Made by a program: the position numbers and the translations under genes
Notes under the pieces: generated by a model
Seen by the model: the letters and a program-made list of their open reading frames with translations, nothing else
Database searches by the model: none
Told to the model about the DNA's origin: nothing
Source of the DNA: Thermodesulfobacteriota bacterium
Lineage (GTDB): Bacteria > Desulfobacterota > Desulfarculia > JACQYL01
Direction of reading: 5' to 3'
NCBI GenBank assembly: GCA_963675595.2
Contig: CAXXLZ010000002.1
Location: 1,632,001 to 1,696,000 of the forward strand
DNA: 64,000 bases
Part shown: positions 36,361 through 47,435 of the stretch, piece after piece
Layout of the letters: every line of letters begins with the position of its first letter
Numbering within the stretch: the stretch's first letter is position 1

Positions 36361-37350
36361 TTACTGCGCCCGTCGAGAACGTCTGTCGGAAAACCGATCG
36401 TAATGTCCCTTCCCGGAGTTGCCTGAACTCTCCTTTTTGAAAACCGAAAGGTGCAGAACTTTTTCATTGAAGGCCAAGGCGGCGCCGGTTAGGAAATCAG
36501 ATTCAAGCCTGAAATCGTGTCCCAAGGCTAGGGAGTTTCGGACTTCGGTGTCGGCGGTGCCAACGGATTCCATGAACGCTCTCGCCTTTTCGGCAGTGGC
36601 CTTGGAAGGGGACTCCTGCTCGAACCAGTCAATGGCGTCCAGAGCGTAACTGCGGATCAGCTTTTTGAAAAAGCCGGCAAACGTGTGCTTGAATCCGAAA
36701 CACTCGGCTCCCAGGATTTTGCCGTTGACGCCGAAGACGGCTCCCACCTGCGCGTCCGTCAAGCGGAATGCTCGTTCATATTCGGAAAGACGAGGTTCCT
36801 CCTTTTGATAGATGTCCGCCATGGCTCCGGTGGCGGACTCTGTGTGCAAACGTTCTCCTTTGGCGGATATCTGCTCCCATAAGGTGTTTTGATCGGACCG
36901 AAATCCTTGATCACGTCTCAGGCTTGTACGAACAGCTTGCTGATGTGCCCGCTTAAGGCTCGGGGGCATCATTTGTCCGCCGGAACGAAATCGCTCGGAT
37001 CGATAGCCCCATCGTCCCTGCTCTACGCAACTGACCGGGATCACGAGCTCGCAAGAGCCGTCTACCAGGAACGTCGAGTTGACGATTCGGTTCTGTTTGG
37101 CTCCATGAAGTTCTTCGCCCTCTACGATCAGCACTTGTTGCTTTCCCCGATTGATCAGTTTCAATTCCGGAACACTGCCCGAGGAGCTCACCTCGGTTAC
37201 CTCGATCTGCTCTCGTTCCAGAGCCTCGTCGAGGGTCAGGTACTCCGGTTCTCCGTTGTCGGGAGCCAGCAAGGGAAAGAGGGTCATGTTGAGATATGCC
37301 TGTTTTCTTCCCACCTTGACGTACGCCAGGTATTCACGAATCGGTTCCAT
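36361..37350 (-). CDS. ARPP-1 (DUF6569-like) domain protein
   Basis: YLTLDEAL, EVS..GSVPEL, GEELHGAKQNR, IPVSCVEQGRW, SYALDA. Confidence 0.8.
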   Translation of the reverse strand: MEPIREYLAYVKVGRKQAYLNMTLFPLLAPDNGEPEYLTLDEALEREQIEVTEVSSSGSVPELKLINRGKQQVLIVEGEELHGAKQNRIVNSTFLVDGSCELVIPVSCVEQGRWGYRSERFRSGGQMMPPSLKRAHQQAVRTSLRRDQGFRSDQNTLWEQISAKGERLHTESATGAMADIYQKEEPRLSEYERAFRLTDAQVGAVFGVNGKILGAECFGFKHTFAGFFKKLIRSYALDAIDWFEQESPSKATAEKARAFMESVGTADTEVRNSLALGHDFRLESDFLTGAALAFNEKVLHLSVFKKESSGNSGKGHYDRFSDRRSRRAQ

Positions 37351-37528
37351 GGGTCACCTCCATTTTTTTCATAATGGGTAACCCACGGGGTTGTCAGATC
37401 AGGACAAAAAGGAGAGCGAATTTTCTTGGGGTGATGATTTCGCGACGCGCCTTTCAGGTGATCGGCTGACACGGCGACCACGTGAAGTATCCCTCAAATT
37501 ATTTTCAGCTCCGGTAGAGAAGAATTCT

Positions 37529-37551
37529 ATCATTCCGAAATCTGGAATGAT
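37529..37551. promoter_or_regulatory. Palindromic operator, copy 1
   Basis: ATCATTCC-GAAATCT-GGAATGAT, between divergent genes. Confidence 0.6.
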
Positions 37552-37628
37552 GTCGTGCTAATCTTTCCGAATGATGAGAAGCTGGTGTTGAGGCATGAAT
37601 TGGCAGTTAGCTGTTGGAGGGAGGCCGG

Positions 37629-38506
37629 ATGGACAATCTATATTTTGGATATGGTTCCAATCTGAACTTCGATGATCTGAAAAGGTGGTGTGCTCGGAAA
37701 AAAACGGCCCCATCGAGGGTGTGGTAGGGAAGGCCTTCTTGCCGGATTTTGGTCCTGTATACAATTATCTCTCCCGGACCCGTGGCGGTGGTGTTCTAAA
37801 TATCCGCGAGGAGATCGGGCAAGTTGTGCCGGGTGTGCTTTTCGAGATTCGGCCCGATGGGCGGGCAACGCTCGACCGAAAAGAAGGATACCCGAGTGTT
37901 TATACCCGGATCGAAATCACTTGTCTCCTGCAAGACGGCGATACGGCGGACGCCTTCACCTATATGGTCCGAGACATTCACTCCCGGGGGGGATTTGTAA
38001 AACCGTCGCCCGATTATGTCCAAATTGTAAGAAGGGGATTGAATGCTCACGGCGTCATCGAACACCTCCACAAGACGGCGGAAAAGGGAGCGAATACGCC
38101 TTACCTGATCGACCGGATATTCTGCTATGGGACTCTGATGTCCGGTGAATCCAGAGGAGCACTCCTGGAGACCTTCGGAAAGCCTGAAAAACGCCTCAAC
38201 GGAGTGACGCCCGGGCGTCTCTACGATCTGGGCGGATTCCCGGCAATGTCCATGAGTTCATCTTCTGAAGAAATCGTTCACGGAAAGCTCGTTCAAGTGA
38301 AGCGCATCGGGGACTTGCTCGCTTTCCTCGATGGAATCGAGGGCTTCCGCGGATATGGGTGTGAATCATCTCTGTTTGAGCGTCGGATCGTGCGGGTCCG
38401 AACCGAAGCTGGTGACGAATTCGCATGGGTGTATGTCATGGTCGACCCCGGAGACGCTCCAATGATCGTCGATGGGAAGTGGCGTGGAAGGTCCATCATC
38501 CTTTGA
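37629..38506 (+). pseudogene. Tandem gamma-glutamylcyclotransferase (AIG2-like) gene, frameshifted near an A7 run
   Basis: SD GGAGG then MDNLYFGYGSNL in one frame (early stop); LDRKEGYP, FCYGTLM, LDGIEG and AWVYV in the -1 frame; A7 at 37698-37704. Confidence 0.8.
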
Positions 38507-38558
38507 ACCCAATCGTCGGCATAAGTTCCAGCGGTGCGGGTCCAGCCAAGGATAACGC

Positions 38559-39566
38559 CTACTCAGGATCACCATATAGGACGGACATATCCCTTATCGA
38601 CGAACGGATTTCAGACCTGAGATCTTCCGGTTCCAGGAGTTCGGCCTGGGAACCGAAACCTAATACCCAGGAAAGCACTTCGAGTCGGCTCGTGGCGGTG
38701 AATTCCAGAATGACGCCGCCGTCGGGTTGGGGAACCATTTGTTGTCCCTCGCTCCAGTTACGCTCCTTGATGTAAACGGCCGCACTGGGACGAAAGGCCA
38801 CCCGGACCTGAAAAGGCTCCCCATCGATGAGTCCGAAACGAATCGACTGCTCGTCCAGGAAGTCCTTCTTCTCGTATTTGTGTTCCGTCGTTTCCGCGGA
38901 AACCAACCGGTGGAGGGCCAGAGTCATTTTGTGCGGGTCGTCGGGAACGGCGTCTTCCCATAAATACCAGGCCAGGACGTAGACGCATTCACCGGAGAGC
39001 ATCAAACGAAAAGGGGCCACGTAGTGGGTGGCCGGTTGTTCCTGGCCCGGCTTGGCATAACGGATTTTGCAGACCTGATGATCCTTCATGGCGGCGAGGA
39101 GTCGCTGGAAGATGTCCTGCTTCCCGGAGTAATCGATGGCTCCTTTGGGCCGGGCCCATGCGCATTTTTCCGGAAGCTCGTCCAATACGGCATCATCGGG
39201 AAGCAGCGCAGTCGCCTTTCTGATCGTGTCGCTGATCCCGTTTCGCAGGGAATCGGGAAGAAGATTCCAAACCAAGTCCCGGCAAAGCAGCAGATGATGA
39301 ATTTGTTCAGGGTCCAACGTCACGTTGAACGCTCCACGGGGTGGCCGAGCTCGGTAATACTTTTCCCGCCCTTGCGTCGAAGTTTCGATCTTAACGTTGC
39401 GGATCAGTTGGAGCTGTTCCACATATCGAATCACGGTCTGTTTCGAACATCTAAGGTCGCCGGCCAGCTTGCTCAATGAATACTTCCGCCTGCTGAACAG
39501 GAGGAGACAAAAAAGACCTAAGGCCTTCATGGCTGGTGTTGAATAGGGGTCCTTTTTCTCTGGCAT
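38559..39566 (-). CDS. Second WYL-domain regulator
   Basis: N-terminal HTH CSKQTVIRY, VAPFRL..CVYVLAW, LALHRL, YIKERNWS, WVLGFGSQAELLEPEDLR. Confidence 0.85.
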   Translation of the reverse strand: MPEKKDPYSTPAMKALGLFCLLLFSRRKYSLSKLAGDLRCSKQTVIRYVEQLQLIRNVKIETSTQGREKYYRARPPRGAFNVTLDPEQIHHLLLCRDLVWNLLPDSLRNGISDTIRKATALLPDDAVLDELPEKCAWARPKGAIDYSGKQDIFQRLLAAMKDHQVCKIRYAKPGQEQPATHYVAPFRLMLSGECVYVLAWYLWEDAVPDDPHKMTLALHRLVSAETTEHKYEKKDFLDEQSIRFGLIDGEPFQVRVAFRPSAAVYIKERNWSEGQQMVPQPDGGVILEFTATSRLEVLSWVLGFGSQAELLEPEDLRSEIRSSIRDMSVLYGDPE

Positions 39567-39718
39567 GGGGCTTTATCCTCCGAAAGTCTGAGATTCTCGT
39601 ATCTGTAGGGTGCCGGGACTATTATTCTGTGGTATCCTGCCTTATTTCAACACGCGTCATACCAAAAGAATAGAACGTTCGGTTCGTCCGCCGGGACCCC
39701 AAACGTTCCAGCTCACAC

Positions 39719-42001
39719 CTACCCACGTGCGGGATTCGACGGAAGCTCTTGGCGCCGCAGATCGGGCGCCTGCGAAGCGGGCCGGAAGCCGACCTCCGTT
39801 GATCCCTTTTGGTATCGTTTGATTCGGGATTCGCTTTCCAGCGCTTCGACCAAGATCGAATGGCTCTCCGGTTTATGGAAACGGAACCGGTCCCTGACCA
39901 CGGCGAAGTCTCCCGGAGCCAGGTCTCGAATCGTTCGTATCCGGGCGATGTCTTCATCGCTGATGAGACCAACCACCAGCGGCTCCAGCATTCGTCGATA
40001 AAACAGCAGATTACCGGACGGCTCCAAGAAATCGAAGCCGACCTTGTGGGTGAATCGGCGAACGGCGGCCTCGTCCACATCCAACAAACGGTTGGTGGTG
40101 CAGATCAGAATTCCTCGGTATGCTTCCATGCTGGAAAGCAGTTCATTGGTGAAGCTCACTTCCCAGGATCGTTGGGCCCGTGACCGGGGAAACAACAGGC
40201 TGTCCGCTTCGTCGATGAGCAGAACCGCCTCGTCGTCTTCCGCACGCCTGAAAGCCTCCCTGATTCGTCTTTCAGTCATGCCCACATAAGGGTCCAGAAT
40301 ATCGCCGGCCCTGCGGACAACCAGGTCGCGTTCCAGCACTCGGGCCAGATGGTGCGCCAGGGCTGTTTTCCCGGTTCCGGGAGGACCATGGAACAGCATT
40401 CGCAGCCCACCCATCACCTCATCGCTCTGATTCAAGCTGCAGCAGGTGAAGGCTCGGGCGTCTTCCATGAGCCGCTCGAAGTCCTGATCCGTATGGAGTC
40501 CTTCCAAAGAGTATTCGGTCTCCGACTTGCGATGGGTCTTGGAGGAAGCATCGGTCGGACCCATGGCCATATAGGCATCAAGGGCCAGGCGAACCGCTTT
40601 TCCGAAATCCTGAGGATTTTCGTCACAGGCGAGCTTGGCCTTCTTGACCGACATGTCGATGACCCCCGCACTCACTTCGAACCTTGAGGCCAATTCCATC
40701 ACATCCGCTTCCTCGATCAAGTCCGAACAATCGTTTCGGGTGAGGATCGAACGCCAAAGACCTTCCCTCTGGGTTCGGTTGAATGGACGGAATCGGATGC
40801 TGAAGGCCATGCGACGTTTGATCGTATCGGGAAGGGATTCGACGTTGTTCACGATCCAGATCATGCGAATGCCCGGACGTTCCAGGAGCTGGTTCAACCT
40901 GCCTTTTTTGTTTTCACGACCCGAGAGGAACCAGGGAACCTCCGTTCCCAGGATTTCGTCCGCTTCGTCCACTACGATGATTGACCCTTCCTTGCTTTGG
41001 TTCGTGAAATTAAGACAGGTGAGAACAGCGTTGAGCTTTGCTGAGGATTCCTTGCCTTTTTCGGCGTAAATCTCATATGCGGGGGTCGGAAGTTCGCTTG
41101 CCAGCCCCCTGGCATAGGAGGTCTTCCCCGTCCCCGAGGGGCCGTAAAGGAGAACATGCGTTGGGGAGTCGGTCCGCCGGGAAAGCAAGCCCATGACATG
41201 AGCCGTTATCTCCTGTGGAACCATATGGTTGGAGAGAGGAATGTCACTCGGAGGAAGCGGTCGGTACCCTTTGCGCCCGATCTCGTGTTGACCGCACTTC
41301 TGCAACAGAATCAAGTAGTCCTGTTCCATCTTGATCCAGTATCCGTTCGACCATATCTCAACGATTTCAAGTTGAGAAAGCCTTGAAAAGACCATGGTGT
41401 CAAGGTGCGATGTCGATACGTTTAAAGCATGGGCAAGGTACTTACGCCCACTGAACCGGAGGCATTCCAGGTGTCTCTCGAAATAGTCCTCAGCCGCCTC
41501 CCAGGCTTGGCACATGAACAGAATCCTGCAAAGTTCGGTTTCCTCGGGTGTCAGGTCGAAGAGCTTTCCGAATTCATGGAACCCGCCTTCAAGGCTGGAC
41601 CCGCTAGACGAGCACAGAAGACCGTCCTTCTCCAGGAGTTTCTCCTGAAGGAGCTTCAAAAGCTTCAATTTGGAGCGCCTGGAACCATGTGTTGAGACCT
41701 TCACCAACAGATCGAAGTCAAGCTCGTCAAAATAGGACATATCGTAGGATTCTCTCGTCAGAACTTCCAGTTCTTTCTGATTCAGGACGCGATACTTGAC
41801 CATCCATTCCTTTATCTCTTCCGGGCTCGGTTCGAGAAGCTTGAAAGCAAATTCCAGCGTCTCCCGGTCCAATCGTCCCGATCCGTTCAAGATTCGCAGC
41901 AGATAGAGAATCGCCTTCTTTCGAAGGAAGCATTCATCCGAGCCGAGGGTTTCCACTCCTTCGTGGAGAACGGTTCTTCTTTTCCTGCGGGTAGGCGCCA
42001 T
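39719..42001 (-). CDS. Double-AAA ATPase
   Basis: LLYGPSGTGKT/VVDEAD and LFHGPPGTGKT/LLIDEAD, YVGMTE, CTTN..DEAAVRRF. Confidence 0.9.
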   Translation of the reverse strand: MAPTRRKRRTVLHEGVETLGSDECFLRKKAILYLLRILNGSGRLDRETLEFAFKLLEPSPEEIKEWMVKYRVLNQKELEVLTRESYDMSYFDELDFDLLVKVSTHGSRRSKLKLLKLLQEKLLEKDGLLCSSSGSSLEGGFHEFGKLFDLTPEETELCRILFMCQAWEAAEDYFERHLECLRFSGRKYLAHALNVSTSHLDTMVFSRLSQLEIVEIWSNGYWIKMEQDYLILLQKCGQHEIGRKGYRPLPPSDIPLSNHMVPQEITAHVMGLLSRRTDSPTHVLLYGPSGTGKTSYARGLASELPTPAYEIYAEKGKESSAKLNAVLTCLNFTNQSKEGSIIVVDEADEILGTEVPWFLSGRENKKGRLNQLLERPGIRMIWIVNNVESLPDTIKRRMAFSIRFRPFNRTQREGLWRSILTRNDCSDLIEEADVMELASRFEVSAGVIDMSVKKAKLACDENPQDFGKAVRLALDAYMAMGPTDASSKTHRKSETEYSLEGLHTDQDFERLMEDARAFTCCSLNQSDEVMGGLRMLFHGPPGTGKTALAHHLARVLERDLVVRRAGDILDPYVGMTERRIREAFRRAEDDEAVLLIDEADSLLFPRSRAQRSWEVSFTNELLSSMEAYRGILICTTNRLLDVDEAAVRRFTHKVGFDFLEPSGNLLFYRRMLEPLVVGLISDEDIARIRTIRDLAPGDFAVVRDRFRFHKPESHSILVEALESESRIKRYQKGSTEVGFRPASQAPDLRRQELPSNPARG

Positions 42002-42144
42002 GGGTGGTTCTCCTTATTGGTGTCTCTTTGTGCGTGATTAGCCGGCCTTGGCGCGCTCCGGGCGCTGTGGCTTCATCAGGGCGGAGGCTGGAAATGGAGC
42101 GCAAGGCCTGAAATCCTCATCGCCATGAACAGGATAAAACAGGA

Positions 42145-42165
42145 TCGTTCCAGATTACGGAACGA
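42145..42165. promoter_or_regulatory. Palindromic operator, copy 2
   Basis: TCGTTCC-AGATTAC-GGAACGA (spacer reads GTAATCT on the minus strand), upstream of the AAA-WYL genes. Confidence 0.6.
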
Positions 42166-42394
42166 AAAATATTTTATCTCTGTGGAAGTTGGGGACGCGT
42201 TTGAGGGAGGCTACGCGTTTACTGCATGGCGGAACTCTCGGGTGGGTTGAAGGTCGGTTCTCCTCGATAGCCTGGGAGAAGTCTCGTCATGCGTTGAACA
42301 GGCTGAAAAGGGGTTTCGATCTCGGAAAAACTTTCATTGCCGTTTCCTTTCGGCTCAAGAAAGTGATTTTCGAGGACGGCGAAAAAATCTGGAA

Positions 42395-42413
42395 CGTTCC
42401 GGAATCTGGAATG
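42395..42413. promoter_or_regulatory. Palindromic operator, copy 3
   Basis: CGTTCC-GGAATCT-GGAATG, preceded by an extra half-site AATCTGGAACG. Confidence 0.55.
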
Positions 42414-42516
42414 TTGGGGGTGTATGTTCGTGCCGTATCGAAAAGGCGTTGAAGCTGAGTATCCGTAATCTCGGTCGGTCGGCAATGATTGGACAAAAGG
42501 AAAAGGAGGGTTGGAA

Positions 42517-42858
42517 ATGAATGATTTCAGCATCAAGAAGTTGGATACGGACCTGGACGCTACGGGCGCCCTGGGGCATGTGATTCTGTGGTTCATCATC
42601 ATGGTGGTCACGTTGGGGTTCGGAGCGTTCCTGTTTCCCTACGCCTTCACCAAGACGGTCATCAACAAGACCTACCTGGTGGACGCCCAGGGTCGTCGGG
42701 TCGGCCGGTTGAAATGCGACCTGGATTTGGGGAGTCAGATCGGCCACGCCATCATCTGGTTCATCCTTTCGATCATCACTTTTGGATTCGCGTACTTGAT
42801 CTACTTCTACAAGGTTTTCCAGTACGCCATCAAAAAAACTACGGTGGAACCCGTGTAA
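42517..42858 (+). CDS. Small membrane protein with internal duplication (DUF6693/DUF898-like)
   Basis: Two copies of GHxIxWFIxxxxTxGF; SD AAGGAGG. Confidence 0.8.
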   Translation: MNDFSIKKLDTDLDATGALGHVILWFIIMVVTLGFGAFLFPYAFTKTVINKTYLVDAQGRRVGRLKCDLDLGSQIGHAIIWFILSIITFGFAYLIYFYKVFQYAIKKTTVEPV

Positions 42859-43134
42859 CGGAAACGGTTTGGCTCGACCGAGAGCCTGCTGCTTCAACGC
42901 CTTCGGTTTGGAATGCAGTATCGGGCTCGGGGCTCCGAGCCTTGCAAGCTACTGAGAGAAATTTTCTTCCCAACACGATTGTCGTCGCCTCATTCGGGTT
43001 GATATCACATATTCCAAAACAGAATATTTAGGGGGGATATCGGTAGGTATGAGGGTGCTGGAGGCGATGGATAGGATTATCAGTGAAGAACAGAAAGATT
43101 CATCCACAGCATTTGACGTCAACGGAAAATTCCT

Positions 43135-43854
43135 ATGCAAAGAGACATTGAAATAAGAAAAGATTTCATCCAGACTTTCCGAATCAAACGTGTCGGCCTC
43201 GCACGAATCTGGAAAGACTGGGAGAACAGCGCAATACTGCTGATTTCCGGCTATCGGATTTCGGATACCGACGATCACGAGAACAGAATCAGGACCGAGA
43301 AAGAAAAGAACCTGGAGAAGACTCTCGAGCTCATCAAGGCGGCGGACCGTCCCGTTTACCGCACCGTACTGACTGAGGGGATCTGGACCGGCCATCACAC
43401 CGGAAGACGTTATGTTGAGGACATGCTTCTCATTAGAGCCGGGGTCAAGGAAGTCGATATGCTTTTTGAAGACTGCATGAACTGGATGGCCGTATATGAG
43501 CAAAAAGCCGCAGCCTTTAAATATCCCGGCGACGAACGCGCCCATATCGTGTTCAATAATGGGTCTCTCAAACCGGCAGGCATCCGGAATCCCGGTAAGG
43601 TTACGGAAGATTTCGCCGAGCTCAGAAACACCGACAAGTTTGTTCACGCTCATTTGTACGGAGGTCGCGGCTTGATGGGCGCGCGTCTTTGGTCGGCAAT
43701 CATCAAGAACCTGGGGCCGGAATCCGACAGGGTCATTGAAGCCCATATCCACAAACCAATGAACGTAATCTGCTATAAGCTTTGGAAGGCGGCAGGACAC
43801 CAAATCAATCGTGAGAGTGCCAAGTATCTATTGAAAGGTGAATTGCGGGAATAG
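43135..43854 (+). CDS. Hypothetical protein
   Basis: 239 aa ORF with plausible composition; no recognised domain. Confidence 0.6.
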   Translation: MQRDIEIRKDFIQTFRIKRVGLARIWKDWENSAILLISGYRISDTDDHENRIRTEKEKNLEKTLELIKAADRPVYRTVLTEGIWTGHHTGRRYVEDMLLIRAGVKEVDMLFEDCMNWMAVYEQKAAAFKYPGDERAHIVFNNGSLKPAGIRNPGKVTEDFAELRNTDKFVHAHLYGGRGLMGARLWSAIIKNLGPESDRVIEAHIHKPMNVICYKLWKAAGHQINRESAKYLLKGELRE

Positions 43855-44127
43855 TAAGGTTTCATCCGGGTACCATAATACTGAGCGGGAGTGGTTGCAA
43901 ATAAACAACATCCCGAAATAATACTCATAGATATAATGGGCGTATATCATAGTTATATGGATGTATGTCAAATATTGACTTATGGTTGTGTTCCATCGCA
44001 CTCAATAAACAAATTTGTACACCCCCTTGAAACGGGGTATGGAAACCCTTTACCATCTGTGATCTCGTTTGGTATGAAGATGTTCGTACTATGTTCTAAA
44101 TGCTTTTGAAACCCGGAGCAATAATAG

Positions 44128-45420
44128 ATGACAATTACATGGGGTATTCTGGGTCCCGAATTCTTGCCGAATGCGCGCCGTACGAGAACCCTTGGACTGG
44201 GTGCGTCAGTGCGTTCATTTAATGATCTTGCCGTTCCGGGTCTGGGTGGTGTGTGGTATGGCAAGCAATTGCTGCTGGCGTCACTCGGTGTCGCCGTAGC
44301 GGAGGAGGCACGCAGCCGGGGGGCAAAAGTACAGAATATTGAAGTGGCCAACGCGATTGAAGCGTTGGCCTGTTGGCTGGCCTTCAAGAGCAACGGCTGG
44401 AGTCGCGATGATCGTTTGCGGGGGAATACCAAGTTGCACGGCAAAGACGATTTCAGCTTCCGGCGTGTGCGGCAGCGAAACTTCTACATCACGCAACCTA
44501 TGCGAATGGCGACTGTCCAGGCATTACCGGCCCTTGGCTTTGTCGAATCCGACAGTGCGCGCTTCAACGCATTTCGTTGTTCGGTTCCAGGAAAGGCCTT
44601 TATCGAACAAGCTACTGAGGACTATCGTCCGTATAACAGGTCAGTTATTGATCATCTAACGTCTTGGGTGCAGATGAAAGTTGATCGTGTCGATACGGAT
44701 GCACTTCAAAATGTCTTGTCTCCACTGAATCGACTTCCCGGAAAAGCAATACCGTTGCTTCGCGAAAGAATAAAGCAAGGTGGGAATGAAAGGCATGAAG
44801 ACAAGGAACGCCGATGCGATTCACTAAACTGGGTCGAGGCACTCCGAGTAAAAAGCCTGGATAGGCAGACGTGGGAGCACCGACCAAGAGAAGTTTCGGA
44901 GAAGCATTGGCATGACCTCCAGGCGGGGGCTTTGTTCTTTGAAACACGCGAATCCGCTATTGCGGTACTCGATGCAGCAGAAGCCCACATCGGAAACCAG
45001 ACAATCAGTCAGTCTTGTTGCTTGGCGCATATTCCGGAAGTACTGAACTCTTCGATTGAAAAACTGAAATCAACGGCAAATGAGTATTTGATGTCTAAAC
45101 ACACGGATGAAGAAGCCAACAAATTCTGTCGCGAGTGCGTAGATGACGACCCATCCACTATCTTGCGGACTTTGGTGAAACGAGACGGTCATGTGTTGCG
45201 TTTGGTGGGTGAAGACGTAAAGCCGGGGCCGGCATTTCGCGGTCCGATAATTCAGACCCGATCCGAGGAAGGCGAGGATCAAGACACGCCGCAAGCAATG
45301 GAAATTCCAGTGCCAGAGAGCATTTCCTACCGTGTGCGCAATCTATATCTCTTGAATCTCGATATGCACGGTAAACTGGATGGATGGCTGAAACCATATC
45401 CGAACGGGGGTGAAGCGTGA
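44128..45420 (+). CDS. Hypothetical protein, DUF6361/ZacA-like, first gene of a 3-gene operon
   Basis: N-terminal W..LGP...RTLGLG..R.F.D..VPG pattern; GTGA overlap with the next gene; family similarity is distant and judged by eye. Confidence 0.65.
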   Translation: MTITWGILGPEFLPNARRTRTLGLGASVRSFNDLAVPGLGGVWYGKQLLLASLGVAVAEEARSRGAKVQNIEVANAIEALACWLAFKSNGWSRDDRLRGNTKLHGKDDFSFRRVRQRNFYITQPMRMATVQALPALGFVESDSARFNAFRCSVPGKAFIEQATEDYRPYNRSVIDHLTSWVQMKVDRVDTDALQNVLSPLNRLPGKAIPLLRERIKQGGNERHEDKERRCDSLNWVEALRVKSLDRQTWEHRPREVSEKHWHDLQAGALFFETRESAIAVLDAAEAHIGNQTISQSCCLAHIPEVLNSSIEKLKSTANEYLMSKHTDEEANKFCRECVDDDPSTILRTLVKRDGHVLRLVGEDVKPGPAFRGPIIQTRSEEGEDQDTPQAMEIPVPESISYRVRNLYLLNLDMHGKLDGWLKPYPNGGEA

Positions 45421-47435
45421 GTCGCAGTAGCGAAACTTTGAGACCGCCATCTTTGGCTCAGCATTTCGATGCACCGGATGATTTCACCGGACATTTCGGC
45501 TGGCTGTGCGGCTACTCAGCGGATGCACCATTCCTTGATGAAGCCACTGAACGTTTTTCCCGGCTTACCCGTTCCCAACGCGGCCACGAGGGCCGCATTT
45601 TTCTCGCCGTGGTGCTTGATCCGCATAACCCTCCCGTTTCTCTAACGGATGTGCCAGGGGTGGCGCATTTACGGATGATCAAGGATGCTAATAAGCCATT
45701 CCGGCTGCTGCATGCAAAGGTCGCGTTGCTGGGGTTCCGCCATCAGGAAAACCCCGCAAACTGGCAATTACGCTTGCTGGTGTCTACCGGCAATTGGACA
45801 CGGCAGACGCTCGAAGAGAGTATAGATATGGGGTGGCGTATTGATATCACCAGTGAATCGCTCAGCAACCCGGACGCAGATATCGATCAAGCCTGCACGG
45901 ACATCAAGGCTGCCTGGGATCTATTGAAATGGATTCAGCGGTTCTTCGACTTCCAGCTGCTCAATGCGGCTGGCAATGGTTATATCAATGAAACGAAAAA
46001 ATCATTGCAACAGGTCAACCAATGGATTGATGCATGTTCGAAAAAGGCACAAAGTCGACCGAGGTTCTTAGACAATCGGAGCAAGTCCCTGCTGTCTCAA
46101 CTGCCCGAGAAAGTAAAGGCCTGTTGCGAGGTGAAGCGCAATTACCTAGCCATGGGGTCAGGGTTTTACGAAGAGTCGGCCGATCAGGGAACAGCTCCTA
46201 AATTACCCGTCGCGATCGTTAGATCGCTGCAAAGTGAGGGCTTGCTGACCAAGAATCCGGAAGTGGACCTTTATGTCAATCCTATAGCCTGCCAAGCGAT
46301 AGCAACATCTGTAAACTCATTGCAGTCATTTGGTATCACGATCCGACCTGCGTTTATACCGCTAGTTGTGTTTGGAGAAGGAGCACAGCGTAGCTTGCAC
46401 GCCAAGTTCCTGTTCAGTGCCAACCATCGTGACAGCTCCAATATCTGTGCAAGTGCCTGGATTTATATGGGTTCCGCCAACTTGACCAAGCCGGGTTTTG
46501 ACAATCCAATGAGCGCTGATGCGGGCAACCTCGAGGCGGGGGTCGTGTTTGCTCCGAGCACATTGTATTGGAGTAAAGACAAAACAACTCAAAGTGTTCT
46601 GGTGGTGACGAACCTGCTTCCTATTCAGTGGGACGAGGAGATTGGAGACACGAGCCATTTGTCTGCAGGCTCGGGTATTGAACAACGGGATGAAATCTAT
46701 CTTGCGCCCCCTATTGCCTTTCTCACATGGCACGACAGTGTACCGGAATTACGAACAGATGAACCCGCTGACTATGTCGATGTGCTCGATTCAGCAGGAG
46801 TCGTCTGTTCAAGAAGAGAAAGCGGATTTCAGTGGTGCGAAGCTCAACCCCGGCAAGTTCGCATTCGCTGGCAAGCAAACGATCAGACACTCGAATCCAT
46901 GATACCCATAGTCGATCAATATGGGCGCATAGCCGCCACTGAGCTACCCTTTATTGATATCGATCAGGCATGGTGGCAACTCGCGGATTTTCCAATGCCC
47001 CCGAATGAAGATGACGGAGACGGCGGAAGCGATGAAATTGAAGGCAAGCACAAAGTGCAAGGGCGTTCAGCAGAGATAACCAACTATCCGATACGGCAGA
47101 TGATGGAATTGATTGAAAACATCGCCGCCAAACAAACCAAGATCGACAAATTGGATTTGGATTTCTGGTGCAACCGCCTCGAGCAAACCTTAGGACAAAC
47201 AGCCGAAAGCATTCCCGTGTGATATTTTCGCGACGAGCTTAAGGTGAACCCGTTGAGTCCGCTGCGACACGAGCCATTTCGTCCGTCGTTTGCGGAAAAC
47301 AGTGATTCAGAGCCGGGGAGATTGTACGATAAGACCTTGGATCGGATCGAAGAGATGTGGAAGGTTGATGAATTAGAACGCTTGGGGACTTGCAATGAAT
47401 CGAAAATTCAAGGGCTGGAAAATAGTTGCAGATGA
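45417..47435 (+). pseudogene. Phospholipase D-superfamily (two HxK motifs) gene with in-frame TGA at 47220-47222
   Basis: LLHAKV..STGNWT and LHAKF..GSANLT; the frame continues YFRDELKVNPLSPLR... to 47435. Confidence 0.75.

Noticed and set aside
47220-47222. TGA as a selenocysteine codon
   Set aside because: No redox-motif context or convincing SECIS-like hairpin was identified; a nonsense mutation is the simpler explanation
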